Shown piece after piece: positions 27,590-36,616 of a stretch of DNA of 64,000 nt; positions within the stretch are counted from its first letter, which is position 1, and each line of letters starts with the position of its first letter. The notes below the pieces were generated by a model. It was not told the origin of the DNA, searched no databases, and worked only from the letters and a program-made list of their open reading frames with translations. Source of the stretch: a virus (Duplodnaviria > Caudoviricetes). Position numbers and translations under genes: made by a program. The stretch spans positions 792-64,791 of IMG/VR virus record IMGVR_UViG_3300036804_000165, one strand, 5' to 3'.

Positions 27590-27901
27590 ATGACCCAACG
27601 CTCACTCGCCGTGATGATCGTCATCGAAACCGAGGACGCCCGGCTGTTTCCCGAGAATATGGACAACGCGACAGTGGCGGCGACGCAGGCGCTGCGCGCC
27701 GCCGTCATCGACGCGCTGCCCGGCCTCTCGCGCGTCGTCGCGGTGATGGACGAGGAAGAGGCACGCCTGATGGTGAGCGCGCACGCGATGGCGGCGCGAC
27801 AGGCTGGGCTGGACGCGCTGTTCTCCCACCCGCCCGCATCCTATCGCGCGCCCGGCGATCGGCACGCCCCGGTGATGCCCGGCGCGCGACGGCGGCACTG
27901 A
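27590..27901 (+). CDS. Hypothetical protein
   Basis: ATG after box variant GCAGAGGACGCC (27573). Confidence 0.65.
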   Translation: MTQRSLAVMIVIETEDARLFPENMDNATVAATQALRAAVIDALPGLSRVVAVMDEEEARLMVSAHAMAARQAGLDALFSHPPASYRAPGDRHAPVMPGARRRH

Positions 27902-28104
27902 TGCCCGCCGATCGCCTGACGCGGCTTTGGCTCACCGACAAGGAGCGTCAACTGCTGGGCGATCTGGTGACAATCAAGATCGCCGGGGACGGCTACTGCG
28001 CTGACCCCGCCTACACCTCGGCGCTGGTGAAGCTGCGGGCGATCTTCCCGCGTCCGGCGCCTCGCATGAACGATCAGACCGAGGAACCACCATGTTCGAC
28101 GTGA
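27901..28104 (+). CDS. Hypothetical protein (paralogue of 29612-29782)
   Basis: LTDKERQLL..ADPAY. Confidence 0.6.
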   Translation: MPADRLTRLWLTDKERQLLGDLVTIKIAGDGYCADPAYTSALVKLRAIFPRPAPRMNDQTEEPPCST

Positions 28105-28298
28105 AACTCTACACCCGCGATGGCCGCTACGTGATCACCTTGACCGTGCCGCCGCTCTCGCCGCCGGCGGAAGTGATCGCCTGGGGGCAGCGGGTTTTCG
28201 TGCGTAACGAGCAGGGTCATTACTGCGAGGGGCTGCTCTGGCACGCTCAGGACGACCATCTGGCCTGGGAGCCCGCCGACACAGCGGATCTGTTCTGA
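28092..28298 (+). CDS. Hypothetical protein
   Basis: GAGGA RBS. Confidence 0.65.
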   Translation: MFDVKLYTRDGRYVITLTVPPLSPPAEVIAWGQRVFVRNEQGHYCEGLLWHAQDDHLAWEPADTADLF

Positions 28299-28432
28299 TG
28301 TCGCAGGCCCACGCGGCCTTCGCGCTGGCGCATCCGGTGTATGATCCGGACCGGCAGATCGTCAGCGATCATTACTGGCTGTGCGGCTCGCGCGTCAGCG
28401 CCTGCCTCACCGTCAACATCGGCATGGAATGA

Positions 28433-28726
28433 ATGACCTATGCGGCCGGTCGGCCGCTCTGGATGCTCAGCCTCGCAACCTGGGATGCGGAGCGACGATC
28501 GGTGCCGGTGCTCCGGTGGAGTCCGACCATACGCAGACAAATCGAAGCCGTGCGCGATCGTATCTTAATGCGCTTGGGCACCAATGAGCCGATGATCGAG
28601 GAATCGGCGGCGATGCTCTACGGCGAACGGGCGATCTCGATCGCTTGGCGCAAGCCGCTGTCGATCGAAGAGATCAACCGCATGGCGCCGACGCCCGAAG
28701 TCAAGGCACGGCCGGGGAGGGCTTGA
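28433..28726 (+). CDS. Hypothetical protein (possibly continuing from 28298 through an in-frame TGA)
   Basis: ORF track; upstream in-frame 44-codon ORF. Confidence 0.55.
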   Translation: MTYAAGRPLWMLSLATWDAERRSVPVLRWSPTIRRQIEAVRDRILMRLGTNEPMIEESAAMLYGERAISIAWRKPLSIEEINRMAPTPEVKARPGRA

Positions 28727-29362
28727 ATGACGCAACTGCTGGGAGGGGGTCTGCTCGCGGACCTCGACGCCTGCGCCGCGGTGTCGGATGCCTACGGCGC
28801 GGTGCCCAGCATCGCGGTCGGCGATGTGCGTCTGGTGATCACCCGCAAGCCGTGGGGCAGCATGATCGCGATCCCCGGCACGCGCAAGGACGTGCTGGCT
28901 GACTGGATACGCGACCTCGCGGCGCTGCCGCACGAATCGCGCACCCATCCGCAGCTTGGCGAATGTCACAGCGGCTGTCTGTCCGGCGCGGAGATGGCGT
29001 TTGATCCGGCGCTGCGGGCGATCGGCGATGATCCCTACATACTCGCGCTGCACAGCCTGGGCGCGCTCGGGGTGCTGCTGGGGGCGATGCTGACGCTGGC
29101 GGGCAAGCCGCCGCTGCGCATCGTCACGTTCGGCGCGATGCGGGTCTCGATCGGCGCGGACGTGCCCAACATCCTGCACGCGGCGGCCGGGGTGAGCTAT
29201 CGCAACGCCGGCGATCCGGTGATGGGCCTGCCGCCCTGGCCGTATGGTCACTGGCGGGCCGAGACGCAGCTTGGCGCCGATGCCCCGGACTGGATCCCAG
29301 ATCATTATATCGAAGCATACAGCGCGGCGCTGGGACTGCTGGCGGTCGGACCACTGGTTTGA
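28727..29362 (+). CDS. Lipase class 3 / alpha-beta hydrolase
   Basis: IAIPGT..DW..DL, HSG, HSLGA nucleophile elbow, TFG, N.GDPV..LP, DH.I..Y. Confidence 0.75.
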   Translation: MTQLLGGGLLADLDACAAVSDAYGAVPSIAVGDVRLVITRKPWGSMIAIPGTRKDVLADWIRDLAALPHESRTHPQLGECHSGCLSGAEMAFDPALRAIGDDPYILALHSLGALGVLLGAMLTLAGKPPLRIVTFGAMRVSIGADVPNILHAAAGVSYRNAGDPVMGLPPWPYGHWRAETQLGADAPDWIPDHYIEAYSAALGLLAVGPLV

Positions 29363-29628
29363 CCATCGATCCCGCGACCCGCTTTCCGCTGCGCGAGATG
29401 CGGCCCTATGTCAGCATCCCGTTCGCCGTCATGGAGCATTATCGGTCAAACTTCGAGTTCAATCACGGTCAGACACTGGAAGCGCTGCGCGCGCAGGGCG
29501 GGCTGGACTGGATCGAATTGTGGTGCGGCTTCACCGCGACGCCGCTGTTTCCCACCCCGCCGATCGGCCGCGACGCGGCGCGGACCTTCGTGCTGCGCGA
29601 GGTCACAAGGCTCACGCTGGGCGGCTGA
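29359..29628 (+). CDS. Hypothetical protein
   Basis: NHGQTLEAL..QGGL.W.EL motif. Confidence 0.65.
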   Translation: MTIDPATRFPLREMRPYVSIPFAVMEHYRSNFEFNHGQTLEALRAQGGLDWIELWCGFTATPLFPTPPIGRDAARTFVLREVTRLTLGG

Positions 29629-29782
29629 TCAGCACCACGACATCCACCCCGTTCAACTGCCGCAGGATCGACGAGTAGCCCGGATCGGCCGCGCAGCCAG
29701 CGCGCGTCAGCCTTTCCAGCACCAGGTTCAGCAGCAACTGCCGCTCGTGATCGCTCAGCGGGATCGGCTTGGACTCTACCAT
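29612..29782 (-). CDS. Hypothetical protein (paralogue of 27901-28104)
   Basis: LSDHERQLL..ADPGY. Confidence 0.55.
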   Translation of the reverse strand: MVESKPIPLSDHERQLLLNLVLERLTRAGCAADPGYSSILRQLNGVDVVVLISRPA

Positions 29783-29793
29783 CGCTTGGACCT

Positions 29794-30057
29794 CTACTGA
29801 CGCGTGAGACCGCGACACGGCAGGCGGATCGAGCGCGGATCGTCGGGCCGACCCGCCGTGGTGCAGACGGTGGAAAACCCGCAGGACCGACAGATCACGC
29901 CGTAGTAGCCCAGCCGCTTGGCGGGATAGGCCAGATTGACGCGACAGGTCGGCGTTGCCCCGGCGCTGACGTCGAGATCGATCCCGTCCGGATAGGCGGG
30001 GTCCGGTGGCATCTGCGGCTCCTGGTGGCGGTCGTACCAGGTGACCGTGAACCGCAT
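29794..30057 (-). CDS. Cys-containing hypothetical protein
   Basis: PDPAYPDGIDLD..YPAKR.G..CRSCG..TTAGRPDDP. Confidence 0.7.
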   Translation of the reverse strand: MRFTVTWYDRHQEPQMPPDPAYPDGIDLDVSAGATPTCRVNLAYPAKRLGYYGVICRSCGFSTVCTTAGRPDDPRSIRLPCRGLTRQ

Positions 30058-30461
30058 CACGCGCGACCGAGGCGGCGCGTCAGCACGCGCTGCGCGCCGA
30101 TCAGCACCTTGGCGTTGGGCGGCAGCGGACGGCCGCGCAGCTTGGCGATCGCCTGGGCGATCTCGACGGCGCGGCCGACCTCGTCGATGCTGAGCGGCGG
30201 CAGCGGGTCCAGCACCGCGATGTCGCTCCGCCCGGGACGCTCCGGGGGCAGCACGGTCAGCGCGTTCGGCTCGCGCTCGCGCTGCACCTTTTCCTCGATC
30301 GCCTCGCCGAGCCATTCCCCCGCCGTCTGGTGCGTGCGCTTGCGCGCGGCGGCGAGCAGTCGCTTGTGATGGGCCAACATGAATTTGACGGCGAACGGCC
30401 CGTCGATGATTTCCTTTTCCTCGTCGGGCGGGTTGTCAGACCGTGCGTCAGACCTTGTCAT
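30057..30461 (-). CDS. Possible ribbon-helix-helix DNA-binding protein
   Basis: PFAVK..AAARKR..TAGEWLGEAI; preceded by CCAGAGGACACC on the minus strand (30466-30477). Confidence 0.6.
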   Translation of the reverse strand: MTRSDARSDNPPDEEKEIIDGPFAVKFMLAHHKRLLAAARKRTHQTAGEWLGEAIEEKVQREREPNALTVLPPERPGRSDIAVLDPLPPLSIDEVGRAVEIAQAIAKLRGRPLPPNAKVLIGAQRVLTRRLGRA

Positions 30462-30675
30462 CTGCGGTGTCCTCTGGCCGGTGGATGCTCACGACTTCCT
30501 CGGTGATGATCGAACGGAATTGCCCGTGCTCGCGCAGCACCGCCATGGCGCCGGCGTGCTTGCCGAGCGTGGTGTCGAATGTCAACACCAGGGAATGACC
30601 GTTGTTCGACGCCAGTACAACCTCGGCGTCCAGGGTCAGCCGCACCCGGTCGCCCTTCTTGAAAATGTCCGCCAT
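30448..30675 (-). CDS. Hypothetical protein
   Basis: FKKGDRVRL. Confidence 0.6.
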   Translation of the reverse strand: MADIFKKGDRVRLTLDAEVVLASNNGHSLVLTFDTTLGKHAGAMAVLREHGQFRSIITEEVVSIHRPEDTADDKV

Positions 30676-31148
30676 CAGGCTGGTTCCGGCAAGCGTGTCC
30701 GCCCACGACCCAGCGGCACCCGCGCGATCGGCTGTCCGAGCGCGGTGGCGAGACGCTGACGCAGCGCCTCGGCCTGACGCACCGCGCCCACGCTGAGGCG
30801 GGGATCGCTATCGTGCATGGCGGCGAAGTAGGGGTTGTTCTCGATCGCCTCGACGAAGATCAGCCGTTCGAGCGGCGTGACGATGAACAGGTTTGCCGGC
30901 GGCGTACGCAGCACCCGCACGATCGCGATCAGCTTTTCCACGACATGATGCCGATCCCACGAGGATATATGGTGACCGGGCCTTGGATGATGCACGATCG
31001 CCTCCGCCGTGGCGCTGACATCGGCCAGTCGCGCCAGCAGGAACTTGCACTCGGCCGGGCTGACCGCCACCACGATGGCGTGGGGCCGCCCCTTCGAGCG
31101 GCGCACCGGCGCGATCGCGGTCTCGATGCCGCGTGTGAAGCTGGTCAT
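30675..31148 (-). CDS. Hypothetical protein
   Basis: Coupled ORF. Confidence 0.6.
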   Translation of the reverse strand: MTSFTRGIETAIAPVRRSKGRPHAIVVAVSPAECKFLLARLADVSATAEAIVHHPRPGHHISSWDRHHVVEKLIAIVRVLRTPPANLFIVTPLERLIFVEAIENNPYFAAMHDSDPRLSVGAVRQAEALRQRLATALGQPIARVPLGRGRTRLPEPA

Positions 31149-31363
31149 GGCGCGCCCTCGGCGTCGTAGGCGCGCTGCTCGGCCTCGGTCAGCCAGCGCC
31201 AGTGCGTCACGCCGACCTTGCGCCACCACGCCACATCGCTGTCGTGATCGATGTCCTCGACGCTCTCGCCGCCGTCGCGCCAGCGGAGGCACACCAGCCG
31301 CTCATCGTTGGGCAGCGTTTCGATCGGCAGCCACGGATCAACGTGGGAGTCAGGCTCGCTCAT
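31145..31363 (-). CDS. DUF551-like small protein
   Basis: WLPIETLP..VTHWRWL. Confidence 0.6.
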   Translation of the reverse strand: MSEPDSHVDPWLPIETLPNDERLVCLRWRDGGESVEDIDHDSDVAWWRKVGVTHWRWLTEAEQRAYDAEGAP

Positions 31364-31704
31364 GGCGGAAACCCGAGATCGGACATCGTCTTGTTCGCCA
31401 TATCGAGGTCGTAGAACACGACGCCGTTCTCGGTGCTGCGCATGCCGGGGAAGCGCCGCTCCATGTCGCGGTCGAGCCAGTCCGCCTCCTTGTTGAGCCG
31501 CCTTTGGAACTCGGCGGCGTTGATCACGTTCTTCTCGATCAGCAGGCCGAGGATGGCGTTATTCTCGGCCCGCATGATAAGCCATTTGTCCATCAGATCG
31601 CGCATCCCCTGCACCGCGGGCTGATCGATCGTGTGCGAGCCGAATATCCAGCCGGCGAGCACCATGCGCCACTTGCACAGCTTGTTCAGCGGGTCGATTG
31701 CCAT
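31360..31704 (-). CDS. Hypothetical protein
   Basis: LNKLCKWR..AGW..G; coupled. Confidence 0.7.
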   Translation of the reverse strand: MAIDPLNKLCKWRMVLAGWIFGSHTIDQPAVQGMRDLMDKWLIMRAENNAILGLLIEKNVINAAEFQRRLNKEADWLDRDMERRFPGMRSTENGVVFYDLDMANKTMSDLGFPP

Positions 31705-31708
31705 GCGG

Positions 31709-32095
31709 TCAGACCTTTTGTTCGACGTCGGGATAAGGCCGCCGCCAGCCGAGTTTGTCGGCGGTGGCGTTGATCTCGGGCACCGCACAGTGCTCACGCA
31801 GACCGATCGCCCCCGGTGGCAGGTGCTCGCGGCACGCGCAGGCGAGCGGGCGTACGCAATCGGGGTATAGCGCATCGATCCTTTGTTCGATCAGAGCGCC
31901 GTTCTTGATGTCGGCGAGGGTGCCGAGCTTGGCGAACGGGATATGGATTGTCTCGACGAAGACGCTGTTTTCGTAGACATCGACCAGCACGTGAGTGTGC
32001 GTCCAGTGCGGGCAAAGCCCGATGCGCCCGTCCAGCAGCAGGACCGGCAGAGCCGACATCTCACCCTGAAGGGACAGAAATTCCTCGTACGTCAT
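31709..32095 (-). CDS. Hypothetical protein
   Basis: ORF at the head of a leftward cluster. Confidence 0.55.
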   Translation of the reverse strand: MTYEEFLSLQGEMSALPVLLLDGRIGLCPHWTHTHVLVDVYENSVFVETIHIPFAKLGTLADIKNGALIEQRIDALYPDCVRPLACACREHLPPGAIGLREHCAVPEINATADKLGWRRPYPDVEQKV

Positions 32096-32394
32096 GCGGG
32101 GTTTGACCGTTGTTCGACCGCGAGCCTAAGCGGATCGATGCGCGATGACAAGTCCGTGCGTCCGGGCATAGGATGCGCGGCGCACAGATTGATATGGTCG
32201 AGCCGCTGGACGCGAACCCGCCGCCGCCCTAAGACCGTTGCGCATTCGACGGTGTGGTCAATCCAGCGCACCGCATTGGGCGCAGGGCGATGGTCGGCCG
32301 ATCATCGCCCTTTCCGCCAAGTAATCGGCTCTGCTAGCCGCTCTCGGGTGTTTTTACTCGACGCATAATGCACAACTCTGGCAGACTCCGCGCC

Positions 32395-32655
32395 ATGCAA
32401 ACCACGATCCGCAAGCGCGATCCGGCGAAGCACATGGCGCGGTTTTATAGCCTGCGCGCGCAAGGCGTGCTGCGCTTGACCCAGGACGGTCAACCGGACG
32501 CGCCGCTTGACGTGGCCGGGGTGGCGCTGCTGCGCGAATGGGGCCGCATCGGCTCGCCCGGCAAGGTTCGGCTTGACAGCGTGAAGAGCCTCGACGAAGC
32601 CGAGATCAAGGCGGCGCGCATCGCGGCGCTCAAGCGGCGGAAGGGCTATCGATGA
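32395..32655 (+). CDS. WGR domain protein
   Basis: RDPAKHMARFYSL..LLREWGRIGS.G..KRRKGY. Confidence 0.85.
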   Translation: MQTTIRKRDPAKHMARFYSLRAQGVLRLTQDGQPDAPLDVAGVALLREWGRIGSPGKVRLDSVKSLDEAEIKAARIAALKRRKGYR

Positions 32656-33194
32656 GCGAGGAGGAGCGGCGGGTCCGCCTGCGGCTGTCGAGCGACCGCA
32701 GGAAGGCATTGCAGCAGTACGACGACTTGCGCCGCACCGGCCGGCTCGATAGCGCGGTGATCCTGTGCGACATGAAGGACGGCAGCTTTCAGGTGCTCGG
32801 CCAGGGGATGGACCTCGCCCAGATCGCGCAGTCGCTGGTCATCGCCGCGCAGACCATCGCAAATGCCGAGCAAATGCGGCAACAGCCGCCAGCCCAGCCA
32901 ACCCCGCCAGAGCCGCAGCGGAGCACGCGCAACCCGCCGCCGGGCGCACCGATGCACTCGATCGCCGGGTCATGGGCGTCGCTGGAGGCTGAGATTTTCG
33001 ATGTCGATACCTCGGCGATCCAACGCCGCGAGATGCGACGAGGCTTTTACGCCGGGGCCCAAGCGCTGTTCAGCCTGATGATGGCCGCGCTCGACCCCGG
33101 CTTGGAGGAAACCGAGGACGACTTGCAGCGGATGGATCGCTGGGCGCAGGAGCTTGCCGACTTCGGCGCTCAGGTCGATGCCGGGCACGCCTGA
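32652..33194 (+). CDS. Hypothetical protein
   Basis: IQRREMRRGFYAGA motif. Confidence 0.7.
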   Translation: MSEEERRVRLRLSSDRRKALQQYDDLRRTGRLDSAVILCDMKDGSFQVLGQGMDLAQIAQSLVIAAQTIANAEQMRQQPPAQPTPPEPQRSTRNPPPGAPMHSIAGSWASLEAEIFDVDTSAIQRREMRRGFYAGAQALFSLMMAALDPGLEETEDDLQRMDRWAQELADFGAQVDAGHA

Positions 33195-33559
33195 TGACGA
33201 TGCAATGCCCCGCCTCGATGTGCCCGCTGATCGCGCCGAATGGCTCACCCTGGACCGGGGAGTATGGCGCCGAATGTCCCGGCCATGACGCGGTCCCTGA
33301 CGGCGGCTGTCCGTGGTGGTCGATGGCCTGTTCCTGCGGCGGCATCCAGAGCCAGGTCGAGGAAGCCGCCGCGCATGACGGCCGGGCGCTGGTGATCGGT
33401 CCCAATCAGCCAAGGCGGGGCGTTGGCGAGCCGCGCAGCTACGACTGCCCGCTCGCGCCCATCTGCCGCTGGCAGGAGCAGGCGACGGCGGCGAGCGGGT
33501 TGTGTCCGCCACGTGATGCCCTGGCGCGCGGCATCGATCCTCGCGTCACGCTGTTCTGA
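33194..33559 (+). CDS. Cys-rich hypothetical protein
   Basis: Nine Cys; coupled. Confidence 0.6.
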   Translation: MTMQCPASMCPLIAPNGSPWTGEYGAECPGHDAVPDGGCPWWSMACSCGGIQSQVEEAAAHDGRALVIGPNQPRRGVGEPRSYDCPLAPICRWQEQATAASGLCPPRDALARGIDPRVTLF

Positions 33560-33570
33560 GGGAACCAGCC

Positions 33571-33807
33571 ATGAAACTGACGATCGAACCCACGAAGCAT
33601 TTCTTCATGGCGGGCGACGTCATGGTGCGGATGTGGACCGGCCGGGACGAGGCCGGCGGCGAGGTCGTTGTGCTGGTATCTGCCGTCGCTTTCGCGGGGC
33701 AGGCAGCCGCCGTCGCCTCGGGACTGGTGGAAATCCCCCCGCCCGACGAGGCGACGGCGCAAGCCTGGGCGCAGCGCGTGCTGGCGCGGGCGACGGGTGC
33801 GTCATGA
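33571..33807 (+). CDS. Hypothetical protein
   Basis: MKLTIEPT..RMW.G. Confidence 0.65.
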   Translation: MKLTIEPTKHFFMAGDVMVRMWTGRDEAGGEVVVLVSAVAFAGQAAAVASGLVEIPPPDEATAQAWAQRVLARATGAS

Positions 33808-33977
33808 CGCACGCCTCGCTGCTCACGTGGTCGCAGATCGTCGTCGCGGTGGCGCTGGTGATCAACCTGTACCTGATGACGACGCAGGTTATCGCCATCC
33901 GTGCGCTGCGGCGGGCCGCCCGGCACTACATCGCTTTTCTCGAACAAATGGCCCGCGACAGCGCGCGGCCGCCATGA
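33804..33977 (+). CDS. Small TM protein
   Basis: IVVAVALVINLYLM; ATGA overlap. Confidence 0.55.
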   Translation: MTHASLLTWSQIVVAVALVINLYLMTTQVIAIRALRRAARHYIAFLEQMARDSARPP

Positions 33978-33996
33978 GGGTCATCGCGTAAGACAG

Positions 33997-34034
33997 AAAA
34001 GACCGGCCGCAGGAGGCTCCGTCTGCGGCCGGTC
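33997..34034 (-). terminator. Terminator at the convergence of late and middle operons
   Basis: 12-bp stem GACCGGCCGCAG / CTGCGGCCGGTC with T4 tail on the minus strand. Confidence 0.6.
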
Positions 34035-34107
34035 AGGCTAGGGGAGGCACGTTGTTCTTGCCGGTCATCTTGTGCGGATTGTTACCATCCGCGCAAGCGA
34101 TCGTTTC

Positions 34108-34527
34108 TCAGGTCGCCGCTGCCGGCTGAGCCGCCGGGGCGGTCAGCGCCTGCACCGTATCGTCAACCATTGTGGCGACACCCGTCGCGACGGCGATCAC
34201 CGGCGCGGCGGCGGGGTCAACGGCGCTGGCGATGCTGCCGCCCAGCGAGACCAGCCCGCCCAGGCTGGCGACGGTCGGATCGGCGGCGGCGATCGCCTTC
34301 AGGCTGGTGGTGACGTCGCTCTCGACCACGCCGACCACGGCGGTCGATACCCCCGAGCGGGTCAGCATCTCATTGGCGGCAGCGACGCCAGCGGACACCA
34401 GCGGGGCCACCACCGGGCTGCTCTCCCAGGAGGTGATCTCGGCGCCGGTCGCCAGCACCGCGTGATAGACACTCGCCGCGCCCTTTTCGGCGGCGGCGAT
34501 CAGTTCGGCAAAAGTCATGATCTTCAT
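34108..34527 (-). CDS. Ala/Val-rich hypothetical protein (lysis module)
   Basis: Coupled downstream of endolysin. Confidence 0.65.
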   Translation of the reverse strand: MKIMTFAELIAAAEKGAASVYHAVLATGAEITSWESSPVVAPLVSAGVAAANEMLTRSGVSTAVVGVVESDVTTSLKAIAAADPTVASLGGLVSLGGSIASAVDPAAAPVIAVATGVATMVDDTVQALTAPAAQPAAAT

Positions 34528-35081
34528 GCTCCCTCGTGAGGCTGGGCCGGATCGTCGGCCAAGCGGTTGATTTCGGCGTCGTTCAACGCGGCTGTCGCGT
34601 CCACCATCGGCGCGTCGGCGGCCGTGCGCAGGAACAACGCCCGCTCGCGCTTGCGGCGCGTCTCCAGGCCGCCAAGCTCTACGCCGCCGGCGTGATCGTA
34701 TTCAAGGAAGCGATCGGCGGCGGTCTGATAATGTCCCTGATTCAGCGCCGTGAGGATGTTACTGGCGTGAAAGTTGCCGATGCCGATGTTGTAGACCAGC
34801 GAGGTGAGCGCGCCAAGCTGCGGCGCGGTCAGGCCGACCAGCACGCACGCCAGCACCTGTCGCGCGCTGCTGGTCAAATCCGCGGCCGCCCAGGCATCGG
34901 CCTGCGTCAGCGTGCAGGTCATGCCCGCGTGCACCGGCTGGCCGTTGACGCGCGTGCTGCCGTGGCCGATCGTCCACACCGGCGGCTTGGCGAGCCTGTC
35001 GAGATAGGCCACCGATTTGAAACCTTCCGCCGGAAATACGAGCGGCACGGCGAGACCCAGGGCGGTGTTGATGTCGTCCAT
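34524..35081 (-). CDS. Endolysin, GH24 lysozyme
   Basis: EGFKSVAYLD..VWTIGHG..ALTSLVYNIG..GLETRRKRERALF. Confidence 0.9.
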   Translation of the reverse strand: MDDINTALGLAVPLVFPAEGFKSVAYLDRLAKPPVWTIGHGSTRVNGQPVHAGMTCTLTQADAWAAADLTSSARQVLACVLVGLTAPQLGALTSLVYNIGIGNFHASNILTALNQGHYQTAADRFLEYDHAGGVELGGLETRRKRERALFLRTAADAPMVDATAALNDAEINRLADDPAQPHEGA

Positions 35082-35085
35082 GACG

Positions 35086-35472
35086 TCAGTCCTTCGGTGG
35101 ATCGTCCAAGGTTTCGCGCAGCGCACGCACCGCATCGCGGGCGATCCGCAGTTGCTCGGGCGTCGGATGACTGCCCTCGCGTTCCAGCATCACCAGTGAG
35201 CGGCGCGCGGCGCGATCGGCGGCATGCACTTCGCGCACGCTTTGGGCGGTGGCGCCGGGCGCGATCACCGCCTTGATCGTCGGGGCCGCCGTGGCGGCGT
35301 AATCGCGTTTCAAGGCCGCGACCTCCGGCGGCGAAGCGGTCGGCGTCAGCAGCACCGGCGCCGGGCAGGCCATCGCCGGGGGGATCGCCAGGAACGGCAC
35401 CTCCTGCGCCAGCGGCGGTGCGCTGCAACAACCGGTACCGAGCAGTAACATCAGCGACACCATCGATTGCAT
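35086..35472 (-). CDS. Putative lipoprotein / spanin-like
   Basis: LMLLLGTGC lipobox-like, Pro-rich, beside endolysin. Confidence 0.5.
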   Translation of the reverse strand: MQSMVSLMLLLGTGCCSAPPLAQEVPFLAIPPAMACPAPVLLTPTASPPEVAALKRDYAATAAPTIKAVIAPGATAQSVREVHAADRAARRSLVMLEREGSHPTPEQLRIARDAVRALRETLDDPPKD

Positions 35473-35897
35473 CAGCGCGGTCCTATTGGTTTGGCCGCCA
35501 TAAAGCGATCGGCGAAGAAATGCACCTGCGCTTCCAGCACCGCGACCCGACCGCTCAGCGCCGCGACTTCCATATCACGCGTCCGGCGCATATCGAGCAC
35601 GTTTATTGTCTCTATGGTCAAACGACGATCGAGGTCGGTGAGGTCGATGCGCAGATCGGCGCTCTCCTTGGCGACGCGTGTCATGTTTGTATTGGCATCG
35701 GCAATCGCGTGCGTGGTGTCGGCGATCTGCCAAGTCGCGGTGGTCAGCGCGCCGCCGATCGCCGAGACGATGCTGATGACGAACATGGTCAGCGCGAGGT
35801 TGAGTTTGAGCCAGCCAATCACCGTCGCGCGCGGCGGTTCGACGATCTGAAGCTCGGCCATTTGGGGGTCGTCCTGACAACGACTGGTGAGTAGCAA
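35472..35897 (-). CDS. TM + coiled-coil protein (holin or i-spanin candidate)
   Basis: LALTMFVISIVSAIGGAL followed by heptads. Confidence 0.55.
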   Translation of the reverse strand: MLLTSRCQDDPQMAELQIVEPPRATVIGWLKLNLALTMFVISIVSAIGGALTTATWQIADTTHAIADANTNMTRVAKESADLRIDLTDLDRRLTIETINVLDMRRTRDMEVAALSGRVAVLEAQVHFFADRFMAAKPIGPR

Positions 35898-35976
35898 GCG
35901 TCGTTGTTACGTCTACCGATCCTATCATATTTTTGCGACCAATGCCTCATAAATGAATGCTTCACGACGCGCCATG

Positions 35977-36615
35977 TCAGATCATCCCGCTGCCCATGAA
36001 GGTCATCCCCGAATGCGCCACGACCGGCGCCAGCACCACGAAGCTGACCAGCTTGGTGACCCGGATATCCGTCTGCTGCAGGACGTTGAAGCTGACAAAT
36101 TTCGATGCCCGCTCGTCCGTCTGCTCCAGGACGTTGAAGGTGACGAGTTTGGACGCCTGAATTTGCGGCAAACCACCCACGGTGAACACAAGGTCCACGC
36201 CGTAATAAGATTGGTTGGCGGTTAGCAGGCCGGGAGAAGACAGGCTGCTCGAAAACGCACTGGACACACTGCCAGCATCATTAAGCGCGACGGGTGACGT
36301 ATCGGACCATTGATTCCCGCCGCTGGTCACCGTGGCAGCCAAATAATATTGGCTTCCCGCAGTCAATCCTATTGGCGAGATGGAAACGTAAGCGAAGCTG
36401 CCGGGCGTTGCGCCTGTTACACTGATGCTTACCGACGCTAAAACCGTCCCGCCTATTGCTAACGAAACGACAATTGAGCCGGTGTTGCCAGACTGGACGA
36501 GTGCGCCAAGTGCGGTGACGGTCATCGCCGCGGTCGGCGTAAACACCATGCCGACAAAGCCGGTGAAGTTGTTCCGTAACGTCCCGTGAGTATAAGACGC
36601 GACGAGATTGGTCAT
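35977..36615 (-). CDS. Tail-associated DUF4082-like protein
   Basis: VGMVFTP..TVTALG..LTAG..Y..A..Y.VDLVF. Confidence 0.6.
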   Translation of the reverse strand: MTNLVASYTHGTLRNNFTGFVGMVFTPTAAMTVTALGALVQSGNTGSIVVSLAIGGTVLASVSISVTGATPGSFAYVSISPIGLTAGSQYYLAATVTSGGNQWSDTSPVALNDAGSVSSAFSSSLSSPGLLTANQSYYGVDLVFTVGGLPQIQASKLVTFNVLEQTDERASKFVSFNVLQQTDIRVTKLVSFVVLAPVVAHSGMTFMGSGMI

Positions 36616-36616
36616 G

